Source: Anaerolineaceae bacterium (lineage in GTDB: Bacteria > Chloroflexota > Anaerolineae > Anaerolineales > Anaerolineaceae). From it: a stretch of 57,344 nucleotides of DNA. Each line of letters opens with the position of its first letter. The first letter of the stretch is position 1. Shown here piece after piece: positions 7,489 to 16,461 of the stretch. The notes below the pieces were generated by a model. It was not told the origin of the DNA and did not search any database. It was given only the letters and a program-made list of their open reading frames with translations. The position numbers were made by a program, and so were the translations under genes. Location: positions 1-57,344 of the forward strand of contig DAISXR010000004.1 of the NCBI GenBank assembly GCA_036825755.1, given 5' to 3'.

Positions 7489-8580
7489 ATGAGAAAAGAA
7501 ATCTGGCGGAACTTCGATTATCTGTTATTTGGGACCGTGGTGATCCTGAGCATATTTGGCATTGTCATGATGCAATCCGCCATCGCGGGCAGTGTCTCAT
7601 TGCTGAGCCACCCTGTTCGGCAGATCTATTTTCTGGTGTTGGGTCTGGTCACGATGATCATCGTATCGATCATCGATTATCAGTACTGGGCATCGCTGAC
7701 CAAGGTGATGTATCTGGTGGCTGTGATCCTGCTGATCCTCGTATTCCTGCTGGGTAAAGTTACCATGGGTGCTGCGCGCTGGCTGAACGCGGGTCTGGTC
7801 AACATTCAACCGGCCGAATTATCGAAGGTGGTGCTCATTCTGGTACTGGCAGATTACTTCTCTAAAACCCGTAACGCTGTACATGATTTCTGGTGGATTG
7901 GAAAGAGCCTGATCCTTGTAGCCGGCATGGTGGTCTGGATTGTTCTGCAGCCCAACCTGAGCATGACCATTGTGATGATGGTGCTGTGGTTCGCGTTGAT
8001 TTGGATGAGCGGCCTGAAAACCAAATACCTTTGGTGGTTTGGCCTGATAGGAATTGTTGGGGGGATCATTTTTTTCCTGTTCTTTATGGAAGATTACCAG
8101 AAACTGCGTATTATCCAGTTCCTTTATCCGGATGAAAATGCCAGTTATGGGAACGAATATAACGTCCAGCAGGCGTTAATCACCATCGGGTCAGGGGGAT
8201 GGTTTGGCCAGGGGTACGGGCAGAGCACCCAGGTACATCTTAAATTCCTGAAGGTGAGGCATACCGACTTTATCTTTTCTGCCATGGCGGCGGAGATTGG
8301 TTTTGTTGGCACCATGATCGTTATGGTGCTGCTTGCATTTGTGATTTTGAGGTGTTTCAGAGCTGCCAGACTGGCAAATGACTGGTTTGGGGCTCTGGTG
8401 GCGTATGGATTTGGTATACTCATATTCTTTCAAACAGCCGTGAACGTTGGGGTGAACCTCAACGTGATTCCAGTGACAGGGCTTACGTTGCCATTCATCA
8501 GTTATGGAGGCAGTTCGCTGCTTTCGCTGCTACTGGGAATTGGGCTGGTAGAGAGTATCGTTGCGCATCGTGTCACTTAG
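7489..8580 (+). CDS. rodA: SEDS-family peptidoglycan polymerase RodA
   Basis: FtsW/RodA/SpoVE-type polytopic protein with QPAELSK, TDFIF and LPFISYGGSS motifs, directly downstream of mrdA. Confidence 0.9.
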   Translation: MRKEIWRNFDYLLFGTVVILSIFGIVMMQSAIAGSVSLLSHPVRQIYFLVLGLVTMIIVSIIDYQYWASLTKVMYLVAVILLILVFLLGKVTMGAARWLNAGLVNIQPAELSKVVLILVLADYFSKTRNAVHDFWWIGKSLILVAGMVVWIVLQPNLSMTIVMMVLWFALIWMSGLKTKYLWWFGLIGIVGGIIFFLFFMEDYQKLRIIQFLYPDENASYGNEYNVQQALITIGSGGWFGQGYGQSTQVHLKFLKVRHTDFIFSAMAAEIGFVGTMIVMVLLAFVILRCFRAARLANDWFGALVAYGFGILIFFQTAVNVGVNLNVIPVTGLTLPFISYGGSSLLSLLLGIGLVESIVAHRVT

Positions 8581-8660
8581 AAGACTAAGTGTCTTAGAAA
8601 ACTAAGTGTCTTAGCAGACTAAGTGTCTTAGAAGACTGAGTGTCTAGCGGACTGAGTGAC
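8571..8660. repeat. Tandem 17-bp repeat, 4-5 copies, each unit carrying the dyad CTAAG-TGT-CTTAG
   Basis: actaagtgtcttag occurs at 8584, 8601 and 8618 (identical copies), with degenerate units at 8635 (actgagtgtctag) and 8651 (actgagtgac). A partial unit overlaps the rodA stop (gtcacttag). The variable spacers are 3 nt: aag, aaa, cag, aag, cgg. Confidence 0.85.
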
Positions 8661-8700
8661 TTTGTAGAATATGTGACGCATTGTGGATTGGAGAAGAAGA

Positions 8701-10185
8701 ATGGATCATCGACCGGTACGTGTTCGTGTTGCCCCATCGCCGACGGGGAAATATCATCTTGGAAATGCCCGCACCGCCCTCATCGACTATCTGATGGCCC
8801 GCCAGAGCGGCGGTCAGTTTATTTTGCGCATTGAAGATACGGATACCAAACGATTTGTGGAAGGCGCTGAAGAGAAGCTGATCGATGCCATGCACTGGCT
8901 GGGATTGAGCTGGGATGAAGGCCCCGATGTGGGCGGCCCACACGCACCGTATACCCAAAGCCAGCGGAAAGAAATTTATCAAAAATACGCCGAGCAACTG
9001 GTGGACCAGGGTGATGCTTACTATTGTTTCTGCTCTCCTGAGCGACTATCTGCGCTGCGCCAGGAGCAGGAAAAGAAGAAGGAACCCCATCATTATGATG
9101 GCTTGTGCCGCTCGATCCCGATTGAAGAGGCTCGACGGCGGATTCAAAACGGCGAGAAAGCAGTGGTAAGGTTCAAATCACCAAAAGAGGGACAGATCAC
9201 GGTTCATGATCATTTGCGCGGCGATATCACCCTGGATAATCGCAACATTGATGATTTTATTCTGGTGAAATCAAACGGTCTGGCGGTCTATCACCTGGCG
9301 GCTATGGTGGATGATCATCTGATGGGCATCACCCATGTGGTGCGGGGAGCCGAGTGGCTGGCAACCTTCCCGCTGCATGCGATGATCTACAGGGCTTTTG
9401 GTTGGACCGAGCCGGTCTGGCTGCATCTATCGCTTTTCCTGAAGCCTTCGGGGAAAGGTAAGATGAGCAAGCGCGATGCTGCCGAAATGGCAAAAGACGG
9501 GTATTCCATTTATATTGAAGATTTACGCGAACTGGGATATTTGCCTGAAGCGGTGGTGAACTGGATGATTTTGATGGGGTGGAGTCTGGATGATCACACC
9601 GAGTTCTTCACCCTGCAGGATCTGATCGACAATTTCTCGATCGACCGCTGCAATCCCTCACCGGCAGCCATTAATTTCACCAAACTGGATCATTTCAACG
9701 GACTGCACATCCGTAATACGCCGGTTGATAAACTGGCAGCATTGATCAAGCCGTTTTTTGAGAAAGAAGGCTATCAGGTGGATGACACCGTTCTGCTGGC
9801 GCTGACACCGCTGGTTCAGGAACGTATGGTCACTTTGGATGACTCGGTAAAATTTGCCGGTTTCTTCTTTGAAAAAGAGGTCATCCCTGAGGTGGCGGAA
9901 CTCCCCGGAAAAAATATGAGCCCGGCTGAGACTATTCAGGTGTTGAAGGACGTGATTGCGAGGCTGGAACCACTTCCCGATATTGCCCATGATACCGCCG
10001 AACCGATCTTGCGGACCTATATTGAGGAGAGCGAATATTCAGCAGGCCAGGTTTTTGGCATCATGCGTGTAGCAGTTACCGGCCAGATGGTCAGCCCTCC
10101 GCTATTTGAAAGTATGGTCATCATCGGCAGGGAAACGGTACTTTCCCGCCTGAATAAGGCTGTGGAGCTACTGCAAAACACGTAA
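8701..10185 (+). CDS. gltX: Glutamyl-tRNA synthetase
   Basis: VRVAPSPTGKYHLGNART (HIGH-type motif) and GKMSKRD (KMSKS motif). ATG 8701 follows GGAG. The track ORF begins at GTG 8683. Confidence 0.93.
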   Translation: MDHRPVRVRVAPSPTGKYHLGNARTALIDYLMARQSGGQFILRIEDTDTKRFVEGAEEKLIDAMHWLGLSWDEGPDVGGPHAPYTQSQRKEIYQKYAEQLVDQGDAYYCFCSPERLSALRQEQEKKKEPHHYDGLCRSIPIEEARRRIQNGEKAVVRFKSPKEGQITVHDHLRGDITLDNRNIDDFILVKSNGLAVYHLAAMVDDHLMGITHVVRGAEWLATFPLHAMIYRAFGWTEPVWLHLSLFLKPSGKGKMSKRDAAEMAKDGYSIYIEDLRELGYLPEAVVNWMILMGWSLDDHTEFFTLQDLIDNFSIDRCNPSPAAINFTKLDHFNGLHIRNTPVDKLAALIKPFFEKEGYQVDDTVLLALTPLVQERMVTLDDSVKFAGFFFEKEVIPEVAELPGKNMSPAETIQVLKDVIARLEPLPDIAHDTAEPILRTYIEESEYSAGQVFGIMRVAVTGQMVSPPLFESMVIIGRETVLSRLNKAVELLQNT

Positions 10186-10268
10186 AAAACATCATCACGG
10201 TGCCTTTTCTACTCCGTCCATCCGGTCAAAAAACAGGAAATTGCCTTAAAAAATGACCCTTAAAAATC

Positions 10269-10297
10269 TGGACTGGATCAAAGAATGCTGGTAGAAT
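10269..10297 (+). promoter_or_regulatory. Candidate promoter for tRNA-Gln
   Basis: TGGACT (10269-10274), a 17-nt spacer ending in TGg (extended -10), then TAGAAT (10292-10297). Two CCTTAAAAA A-tract repeats lie just upstream. The tRNA starts 20 nt after the -10 element. Confidence 0.4.
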
Positions 10298-10316
10298 AGG
10301 CACCGTTCAGTTAGAT

Positions 10317-10387
10317 TGCGGCGTCGTCTAATGGCAGGACAGCAGGCTCTGAACTTGTATGTGATGGTTCGACTCCATCCGCCGCAT
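10317..10387 (+). tRNA. tRNA-Gln (anticodon CUG)
   Basis: TGCGGCG TC GTCT AATGGCA GGAC A GCAGG CTCTGAA CTTGT ... GATGG TTCGACT CCATC CGCCGCA T. It has the U1:A72 pair typical of bacterial tRNA-Gln, and a T-run follows. Confidence 0.85.
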
Positions 10388-10421
10388 CTATCTTTTTTTT
10401 AACCCCCCAAATTGATCATTG

Positions 10422-11702
10422 CTACTTGATTTGATTTTCAGGATCCTCATGGTTGGAGATTTCCTGATCGAGTTGTGATTCCTGCAGAGCGATTTCAATA
10501 TTTTCTTTCAGACGTTTGCGGTCTTTCTTGCTCCCCCGAAGAGATTTCAGCAAAACCTGGCTTACCTTGCCTGCCAGCTCCTTCATGGCCTGGGTGCTGA
10601 CGCGCTCCCCTTTCGCAAACCAGTTGACCGCTGCATAACCCATCGCGACCGTCATCGAGGAAGCGATGACCGATGAAAGGATCCAGCCTGGGATGCCGCC
10701 CAGTTTACTGAGCTGATAGAACAGGGTGCGGCCTAAAAAGGCCAACCCAAACGTCATCACCAACTCACGAGCCCGGCTCTTGTTGATCTCATAATTGTAG
10801 ATACGGGCGATTCCCATCACCATGGAGGTCTGATTAAGCAGCAGGGGAATGAAATCGATCATGGGGAGCGGCGTGAGGGCGATCACACCGGAAAGAGTCG
10901 CTGCACTGACGATGCTTTTCCAGGCCAGCTTCCAACGGTATTGCGGCAAAGCACGGCCCAGCGCTGCCATGATCTGCGGTTCTTCCGCTGCAATGGCATA
11001 CAGTACTTTCGCGAGATTTTGCGAATCCTTTGCGGAGATCGGGATGATCTTTTCAGATGAAATACCCAGGGTATGAGCTGCATTTTGAACCACGTGGGTA
11101 ATTTCGTGACCCACCAGATCCATTTTGTTCATCACCACAATGTAGGGTTTGTTGAGGTCTGCCAGGGCGGTAAATAATTCCCGTTCCGATTTTTTGATTC
11201 CCTGGGAGGCGTCAAAAAGGATGACCAGAAAATCTGCCTGAGAAGCTGCGTCGAAAGCTTTCCTGCGATGTTCTTCACCAGCAGCTCCTGCAGCATCGGC
11301 GCCGGGGGTATCGACCACACTGAACAGCGGCGCACTACCTTCCAGAGTCTCACGGGTGGTGCCGGGGATGGGGCTTACCTCGGCAAAAAACTGGTCCTTG
11401 CCCTGCACAAACTGGTTATACAGGGTCGATTTTCCAACATTGGCGGGGCCAACCACCGCAATTTTTGATTTGTTGCCCATACTGAATCGGGCCTGGTTAG
11501 CAGCCAGCCTGGCTAATATCCTCCACATATTGCTGCGGGAGGGGATGCGATCTGTAAATTGTTTCAGGCTCATCCGATCGGCATCCGGCAGTGCTTCCCA
11601 GATATTTTGAAGGACGTTGCGTGAATCCTCAGGCATCCAGTCAGGGGTCTTGAGGTGATCTTCTTTTGGGTTTTGGGGTTCTTTTGTAACCATACCCTTC
11701 AT
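10422..11702 (-). CDS. GTP-binding protein fused to a C-terminal DUF697-like membrane domain
   Basis: G1 GPANVGKS, G3 DTPG, G4 NKMD, then hydrophobic segments as in YcjF/DUF697 proteins. I prefer the start at ATG 11702 because the longer track ORF would run through a terminator hairpin at 11713-11737. Confidence 0.8.
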   Translation of the reverse strand: MKGMVTKEPQNPKEDHLKTPDWMPEDSRNVLQNIWEALPDADRMSLKQFTDRIPSRSNMWRILARLAANQARFSMGNKSKIAVVGPANVGKSTLYNQFVQGKDQFFAEVSPIPGTTRETLEGSAPLFSVVDTPGADAAGAAGEEHRRKAFDAASQADFLVILFDASQGIKKSERELFTALADLNKPYIVVMNKMDLVGHEITHVVQNAAHTLGISSEKIIPISAKDSQNLAKVLYAIAAEEPQIMAALGRALPQYRWKLAWKSIVSAATLSGVIALTPLPMIDFIPLLLNQTSMVMGIARIYNYEINKSRARELVMTFGLAFLGRTLFYQLSKLGGIPGWILSSVIASSMTVAMGYAAVNWFAKGERVSTQAMKELAGKVSQVLLKSLRGSKKDRKRLKENIEIALQESQLDQEISNHEDPENQIK

Positions 11703-11703
11703 T

Positions 11704-11737
11704 ATAAAAAATCCCCGCGATTTATTCAATCGCGGGG
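11704..11737 (-). terminator. Rho-independent terminator after the small acidic protein gene
   Basis: On the minus strand: CCCCGCGA, a 9-nt loop, TCGCGGGG, followed by ATTTTTT. Confidence 0.6.
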
Positions 11738-11788
11738 TACCGAAAATTTATGCTCACTTATGATCGATTGCTGAACACGGGATGCTGT

Positions 11789-12022
11789 TTAATACTCTTC
11801 TTCGCTTTCGTCTGACCAAAGTTCTTCGTCATCGTCTTCTTCGGCTTCATCCCAATCTTCCAATTCATCGTTTTCTTCGTCCCAATCATCTTCGGCGATG
11901 ACATCAGAAGAGGGGGTGAATGTCATACAGCCTTCGTTTGGATCAATTTCCACAGCGGCTGCGCTGCAATATCCCTCATCAAGAAAGCTGCAATCGATAT
12001 AGTGACAACGAATTCGTGGCAT
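11789..12022 (-). CDS. Small Cys-rich protein (DUF1540-like pattern) with a hyperacidic Trp-containing tail
   Basis: MPRIRCHYIDCSFLDEGYCSAAAVEIDPNEGCMTF, followed by about 40 residues of which roughly 25 are D/E with three W. ATG 12022 lies 7 nt after GGAGG. Confidence 0.55.
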   Translation of the reverse strand: MPRIRCHYIDCSFLDEGYCSAAAVEIDPNEGCMTFTPSSDVIAEDDWDEENDELEDWDEAEEDDDEELWSDESEEEY

Positions 12023-12148
12023 GTTCAATCCTCCAGCAAGAATAGTGACCTATGTGACGATATTTCCCTGTAAAATTTCGGGGAGATTTTACCGCAATGA
12101 TTACGTTTCGTAAAGGAAATCTGATGAATCAACTCCGTATATGCCTGA

Positions 12149-14362
12149 TTAACCAGGTTTCACGCGGTGTGTTTCGAGCACATTGGGCAGGTTTTCGATT
12201 CTCGTCAGCAGGCGGCTGAGTTGTTCGATATCCATCACTTCGATCACCAGATTGATGGCTGCCAGATTGTGGTTGATCTTTAAATTCATATTGATGACGT
12301 TGATGCTCTCATTGTTCAGTACGTTCGAAATATCCCCCATTAAGCCTTGACGGTCATACGCCTTAATTTCGATAGTGACAGGGTACGTTAATGCTGCCTG
12401 ACCCCAGGATACGCGAATCAAGCGCTCGTGCTCATCATTGCGCAGCACATTGGGGCAGTCTTCACGGTGGATGGTCACACCGCGACCGCGTGTGATGTAG
12501 CCAATGATCGGGTCGCCCGGAGCAGGCTCACAGCAATGCGCGATACTGGTTTGCATCCCACGTAAACCCATCACCGTCACCGAATTGGAGCCTGCCTGAA
12601 CCTTGCTGGGGGCGTGGGTGAGCAGTTGATCATCAATTTTCTGTGTTTCAGATATACGGGTGATGATTTTGCCGGTGGAAAGATCACCGGTACCTACCGC
12701 GGCATACAGATCATCGACGGTTTTATACTCCAGCACACCCAGCATTGATTCCAGGTCGGTATCCTGCATACCGAGACGGCGCAGTTCGCGTTCAACAATG
12801 ATCTTTCCCTGAGCGATGTTTTGCTCGTAATTTTGCCACTTGAACCACTGCTTGATCTTTGAACGTGCGCGTTGTGTGTTGACCAGCCCAAGGTTTTTGT
12901 TGAGCCAGTCACGGCTGGGCCCACCCTGTTTGGAGGTGAGCACCTGTACCTGATCGCCAGTTTTGAGAATGTAATCCAGATTAACCAGTTTCCCGTTGAT
13001 TTTGGCGCCCCGGCAGCGGTGACCGATTTCTGTGTGAACATGGTAGGCAAAGTCAATGGGTGTGGAACCGGCAGGCAGGTCGATGATATCGCCTTTGGGT
13101 GTAAATACGTATACACGATCGTTGAAGACATCCGGTTTGATGCCTTCAGCGAACTCCTGCGAGTCTTCCACCTCCTGGCGCCATTCCATGATCCTGCGTA
13201 CCCAGTTGATGCGCTGCTGGTAGGATTCGGCCATTTCGCCTTTTTCCTTGTAGCGCCAGTGAGCCGCGATACCGTACTCGGCATTGTAATCCATTTCGCT
13301 GGTGCGGATCTGCACCTCGAGCGGTTTACCGTCTTCATAGATAATGGCGGTGTGCAGGGACTGGTAGAAGTTATTCTTGGGTGCTGCGATATAGTCGTCA
13401 AACTCCTGCGGGATAGGACGCCAGTGCATATGGATGACGCCTAACGCGGCATAACAGGTTTGAACATCTTTTACAATCAGGCGCACCCCGCGCAAATCGC
13501 GAACCATTTCAAACGGTTCGCCCTTTTCGATCATTTTTGCGTAAATCGAATAGATATGCTTGGGCCGGCCGCTGATCTCACAATCGATGCCGGACTGCTT
13601 CATGATGGATGAGAGATTGCAGATGATATCGGCAATCTGCTTTTCGCGGGTTGTGCGGTTATCTGCCAGATTGTCGGCAATTTCTTTGTATTTGTCAGGG
13701 TTTACATAGCGAAATGAGAGGTCTTCCAGCTCCCATTTGAGCTTCCACAACCCCAGGCGGTTCGCCAGAGGGGCGAAGATATCCAATGTTTCCTGGGCGA
13801 TGGGCTGCTGTTTCTCTTCGGGGAGGAAGGACATCATACGCATATTGTGGAGCCGGTCGGCCAGTTTAATCAGCACCACGCGCACATCCTCGCTCATGGC
13901 GATGAATGTCTTGCGAAGAATCTCATTTTTCAGATCTTTCGACCTGCTTCTACGGATCTCTTCCTCTTTTTGTTGCTGCGATTTATCGGCTGCGACTTCG
14001 GTACCATTTTCTCGCACATATTCACTATCAACACGCGAAACACGCGGGAGGTTGATCAATCTGGTGACACCGTCTACCAGTTTACCCACCTCAGGTCCAA
14101 ATGTATCGATGATATCTTTGATGGTGAGATTGGTGTTCTCTACCGTGTCGTGCAGGATTCCGGCGATGATCACGGGAGGGGGAACGCTCATGTCGATCAA
14201 AATCGATGCGACAGCGATGCAGTGAGAAATGTAAGGTTCCCCAGAGAAGCGTTTCTGCCCGGCATGAGCCTTTTCAGCCATCTTGTACGCCTTCATGATT
14301 TCTTCACGTTCAATGGGTGAATAAATTTCAGGCAGACTGGACATCAACGTTTCAATTTTCAT
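12149..14362 (-). CDS. rel: Bifunctional (p)ppGpp synthetase/hydrolase (RelA/SpoT homolog)
   Basis: 737 aa with an HD domain (HxxxVA...LHDTVENT), the RelA/SpoT synthetase region (YRSLHT-like QSLHTAI), a TGS domain (VFTPKGD) and a C-terminal ACT-like domain. Confidence 0.95.
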   Translation of the reverse strand: MKIETLMSSLPEIYSPIEREEIMKAYKMAEKAHAGQKRFSGEPYISHCIAVASILIDMSVPPPVIIAGILHDTVENTNLTIKDIIDTFGPEVGKLVDGVTRLINLPRVSRVDSEYVRENGTEVAADKSQQQKEEEIRRSRSKDLKNEILRKTFIAMSEDVRVVLIKLADRLHNMRMMSFLPEEKQQPIAQETLDIFAPLANRLGLWKLKWELEDLSFRYVNPDKYKEIADNLADNRTTREKQIADIICNLSSIMKQSGIDCEISGRPKHIYSIYAKMIEKGEPFEMVRDLRGVRLIVKDVQTCYAALGVIHMHWRPIPQEFDDYIAAPKNNFYQSLHTAIIYEDGKPLEVQIRTSEMDYNAEYGIAAHWRYKEKGEMAESYQQRINWVRRIMEWRQEVEDSQEFAEGIKPDVFNDRVYVFTPKGDIIDLPAGSTPIDFAYHVHTEIGHRCRGAKINGKLVNLDYILKTGDQVQVLTSKQGGPSRDWLNKNLGLVNTQRARSKIKQWFKWQNYEQNIAQGKIIVERELRRLGMQDTDLESMLGVLEYKTVDDLYAAVGTGDLSTGKIITRISETQKIDDQLLTHAPSKVQAGSNSVTVMGLRGMQTSIAHCCEPAPGDPIIGYITRGRGVTIHREDCPNVLRNDEHERLIRVSWGQAALTYPVTIEIKAYDRQGLMGDISNVLNNESINVINMNLKINHNLAAINLVIEVMDIEQLSRLLTRIENLPNVLETHRVKPG

Positions 14363-14403
14363 TCAAATATTGGCCTCTATTAATCACTTTCAATCGGATA
14401 CTC

Positions 14404-14433
14404 ATTATAATCATTTCGAATCAGAAAGTCCAA
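14404..14433 (-). promoter_or_regulatory. Candidate promoter for rel
   Basis: On the minus strand: TTGGAC (14433-14428), an 18-nt spacer, then TATAAT (14409-14404), about 40 nt upstream of the rel start. Confidence 0.4.
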
Positions 14434-14448
14434 AGCTGTAAGGCTTTC

Positions 14449-15112
14449 TTAACGATTGCGGTGATCAGAAATTTCCATCATCAGGTCTGTCAATGAGCAG
14501 TCGGCAAGGGACTCAAGAATCTTATCGGCAGTGCTGAAATCGAGACCCTGGGTGATCACATTGGGCACTGCCACACAGAACAAACCGGCCTGTTTAGCCG
14601 CAAGAAGACCATTGTAGGAGTCTTCAAAAGCAAGCGCCTGGTGAGGATTGACGCCCAAACGCTTGACTGCAAGTGTGTACAATGCCGGATCCGGCTTTAC
14701 TTTCTGAACATCTTCCCTTACGCAGATCGCGTCAAACAAATGCTTGATCTGGTATTGCTCCAGATAAGGGATGACCCAATTCGCGCCCGAACTGGATGCA
14801 ACGGCCACTTTCAAACCGAGACTCTTAGCCTGTTGCAAATATTCTGCCACGCCGGGCTGCAAAGGCATTTCGGCCATATACTGATCAAACAGACGACGGC
14901 GTTCCGTCTGGATCTTCTGTAAATCCAGGGGCTCTGAAACACGCGCCTGAAGATTTTCAACCGGATCAAAAACCTCCAATGACGCTCCCACGCAAGCCAG
15001 CCACTCGGTCAACTCAAGCCGGGCGCCATTTTGCTGATAAATTTTCTGCCAGGATATGAATTCAGGTTCTTCCGTATTTAAAATTAATCCGTCAAAGTCA
15101 AAAACCAGCGCA
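14449..15112 (-). pseudogene. HAD-superfamily phosphatase (beta-phosphoglucomutase-like), reading frame broken near the 5' end
   Basis: The long frame (TTG 15012 onward) lacks HAD motif I. The catalytic ALVFDFDGLILNTEEP is encoded at 15110-15063 in another frame that stops at about 15010. The frames join if one A is restored in cctgaTTc (15061-15063 region). The nearest ATGs (15112, 15127) are in the third frame. Confidence 0.6.
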
Positions 15113-15222
15113 TGAATGAGACTACCATTATTGTTGATGATAATTCCTCCGCAGACGTAACCGCATTCCAGGCAGAGGATCTGAAAAATCAGTCAGCCTG
15201 GAATGCAGCGCAAAATGAATTT

Positions 15223-16326
15223 CTACAAAGTAAAGGGATAATCCAACCCCAGCTCTTTTTGAATGAAGATGACATCCTTTTGGATGGATGGCACCACCGC
15301 AATACCCTGTTTGGGGACGATGTGTTCCAGTTCGTATTCTTTTTCTCCGGCTGTGTAGATGCGGTCTTCACCCGGTTCTTTGGTCGAGTTCCGCAGGGTG
15401 CGTAAAATTCCGCCGGTGGTCTTTTTGAACGAATCGAGCCCCATGAAGCTCTCGATATTGATGGCCATGAAGAAATGCCCCACCATGAAGGGGGTCTTGT
15501 TGCCGTTTTTATCAAATCCCAGCATATCGGTGAGGTAACCGCCGTCCTGCAGGGAGGCGCATAAAATCTCAACCATGGTGGCCAGGCCGTAGCCTTTGTA
15601 TCCGCTCAGTTCTTCGCCAGGGCCGCCCAAAGGCAGGAGAGCAGCTTTATCCTTAGGTAAGGAAGACAGGATTTCAGCAGCGTCCGTCATGGGCTGTCCA
15701 TCGGGGCCGGTCACCCATCCCGGAGGGATCGGTTTGTTTTTGCGGTTGTACACTTCCACCTTTCCACGCTGGATAATGGAGGTGGCAGCATCAAACAGGA
15801 ACGGACAATCTTCATCGGTGGGTACGCCAAACGCGATGGGGTTGGTTCCCAGGAGGGGTTGCACACCAAAGGTAGGTGAGATAGAGGGGCGGGCATTGGT
15901 GAAGCTCATGCCGATGCATCCCTGCGTGAGTGCCATATTGGCATAATAGCCATCGATACCAAAATGGGTGGAGTTACGAACAGCCACTGAACCCATCCCG
16001 TATTGCTTGGCTTTGTCGATCGCCATTTGCATGGATCGCGTACCGATGACCATGCCCATTCCGTAATGGCCGTCCACTACCGCTGTGGTGGGGCCTTCAC
16101 GAAGGATTTCGTAATTGGTGATTGCCATTTGCTGGCCGGATTTGATACGGTCATAATACATTTTCAAACGCTGTACGCCGTGAGACTCGATCCCGCGTAA
16201 ATCAGCTGCCACCAGTACATCGGCACAGATTTTGGCTTCATCAGCGGGAACACCACTTCTGGTGAACACCTCTACCATGAATTTACGCATTGTTTCAACG
16301 GGCACTAAGACAGTATCCTGGTCCAT
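15223..16326 (-). CDS. Ldh_2 family (malate/L-lactate/sulfolactate dehydrogenase-type) oxidoreductase
   Basis: GIESHGVQRL, NSTHFG and GYKGYGLA motifs typical of the Ldh_2 family. ATG 16326 lies 7 nt after AGGAGG. Confidence 0.85.
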   Translation of the reverse strand: MDQDTVLVPVETMRKFMVEVFTRSGVPADEAKICADVLVAADLRGIESHGVQRLKMYYDRIKSGQQMAITNYEILREGPTTAVVDGHYGMGMVIGTRSMQMAIDKAKQYGMGSVAVRNSTHFGIDGYYANMALTQGCIGMSFTNARPSISPTFGVQPLLGTNPIAFGVPTDEDCPFLFDAATSIIQRGKVEVYNRKNKPIPPGWVTGPDGQPMTDAAEILSSLPKDKAALLPLGGPGEELSGYKGYGLATMVEILCASLQDGGYLTDMLGFDKNGNKTPFMVGHFFMAINIESFMGLDSFKKTTGGILRTLRNSTKEPGEDRIYTAGEKEYELEHIVPKQGIAVVPSIQKDVIFIQKELGLDYPFTL

Positions 16327-16461
16327 GATTTTTCCTCCTGCCAACTGGATATGGGGTTCATTACAAAATTACTATATCATAATTCTCATGAGAGGACAGA
16401 TGAGAATATGCTAGAATTCCATTAATATAATGTAATTCGCATCGAAGCAAGGGAGTGAATC

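Noticed and set aside
8571-8660. Considered whether the 17-bp tandem array is a miniature CRISPR array.
   Set aside because: The repeat units are separated by only 3 nt, there are no unique spacers of 25-40 nt, and no cas genes are in the window. It is a simple tandem repeat.
8581-8700. Looked for a T-box or other known leader upstream of gltX.
   Set aside because: I found no specifier-loop or T-box-like conserved sequence and no antiterminator/terminator alternative pair. Only the tandem repeat is present.
12694-14320. Long alternative-frame and antisense ORFs inside rel (12694..13401 -, 12872..13444 +, 13737..14225 +, 13847..14320 +).
   Set aside because: They lie entirely within a gene with unambiguous RelA/SpoT motifs. 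Their translations are low-complexity (Ser/Thr/Arg/Pro-rich), and no SD or domain signature is visible. They are typical shadow ORFs.
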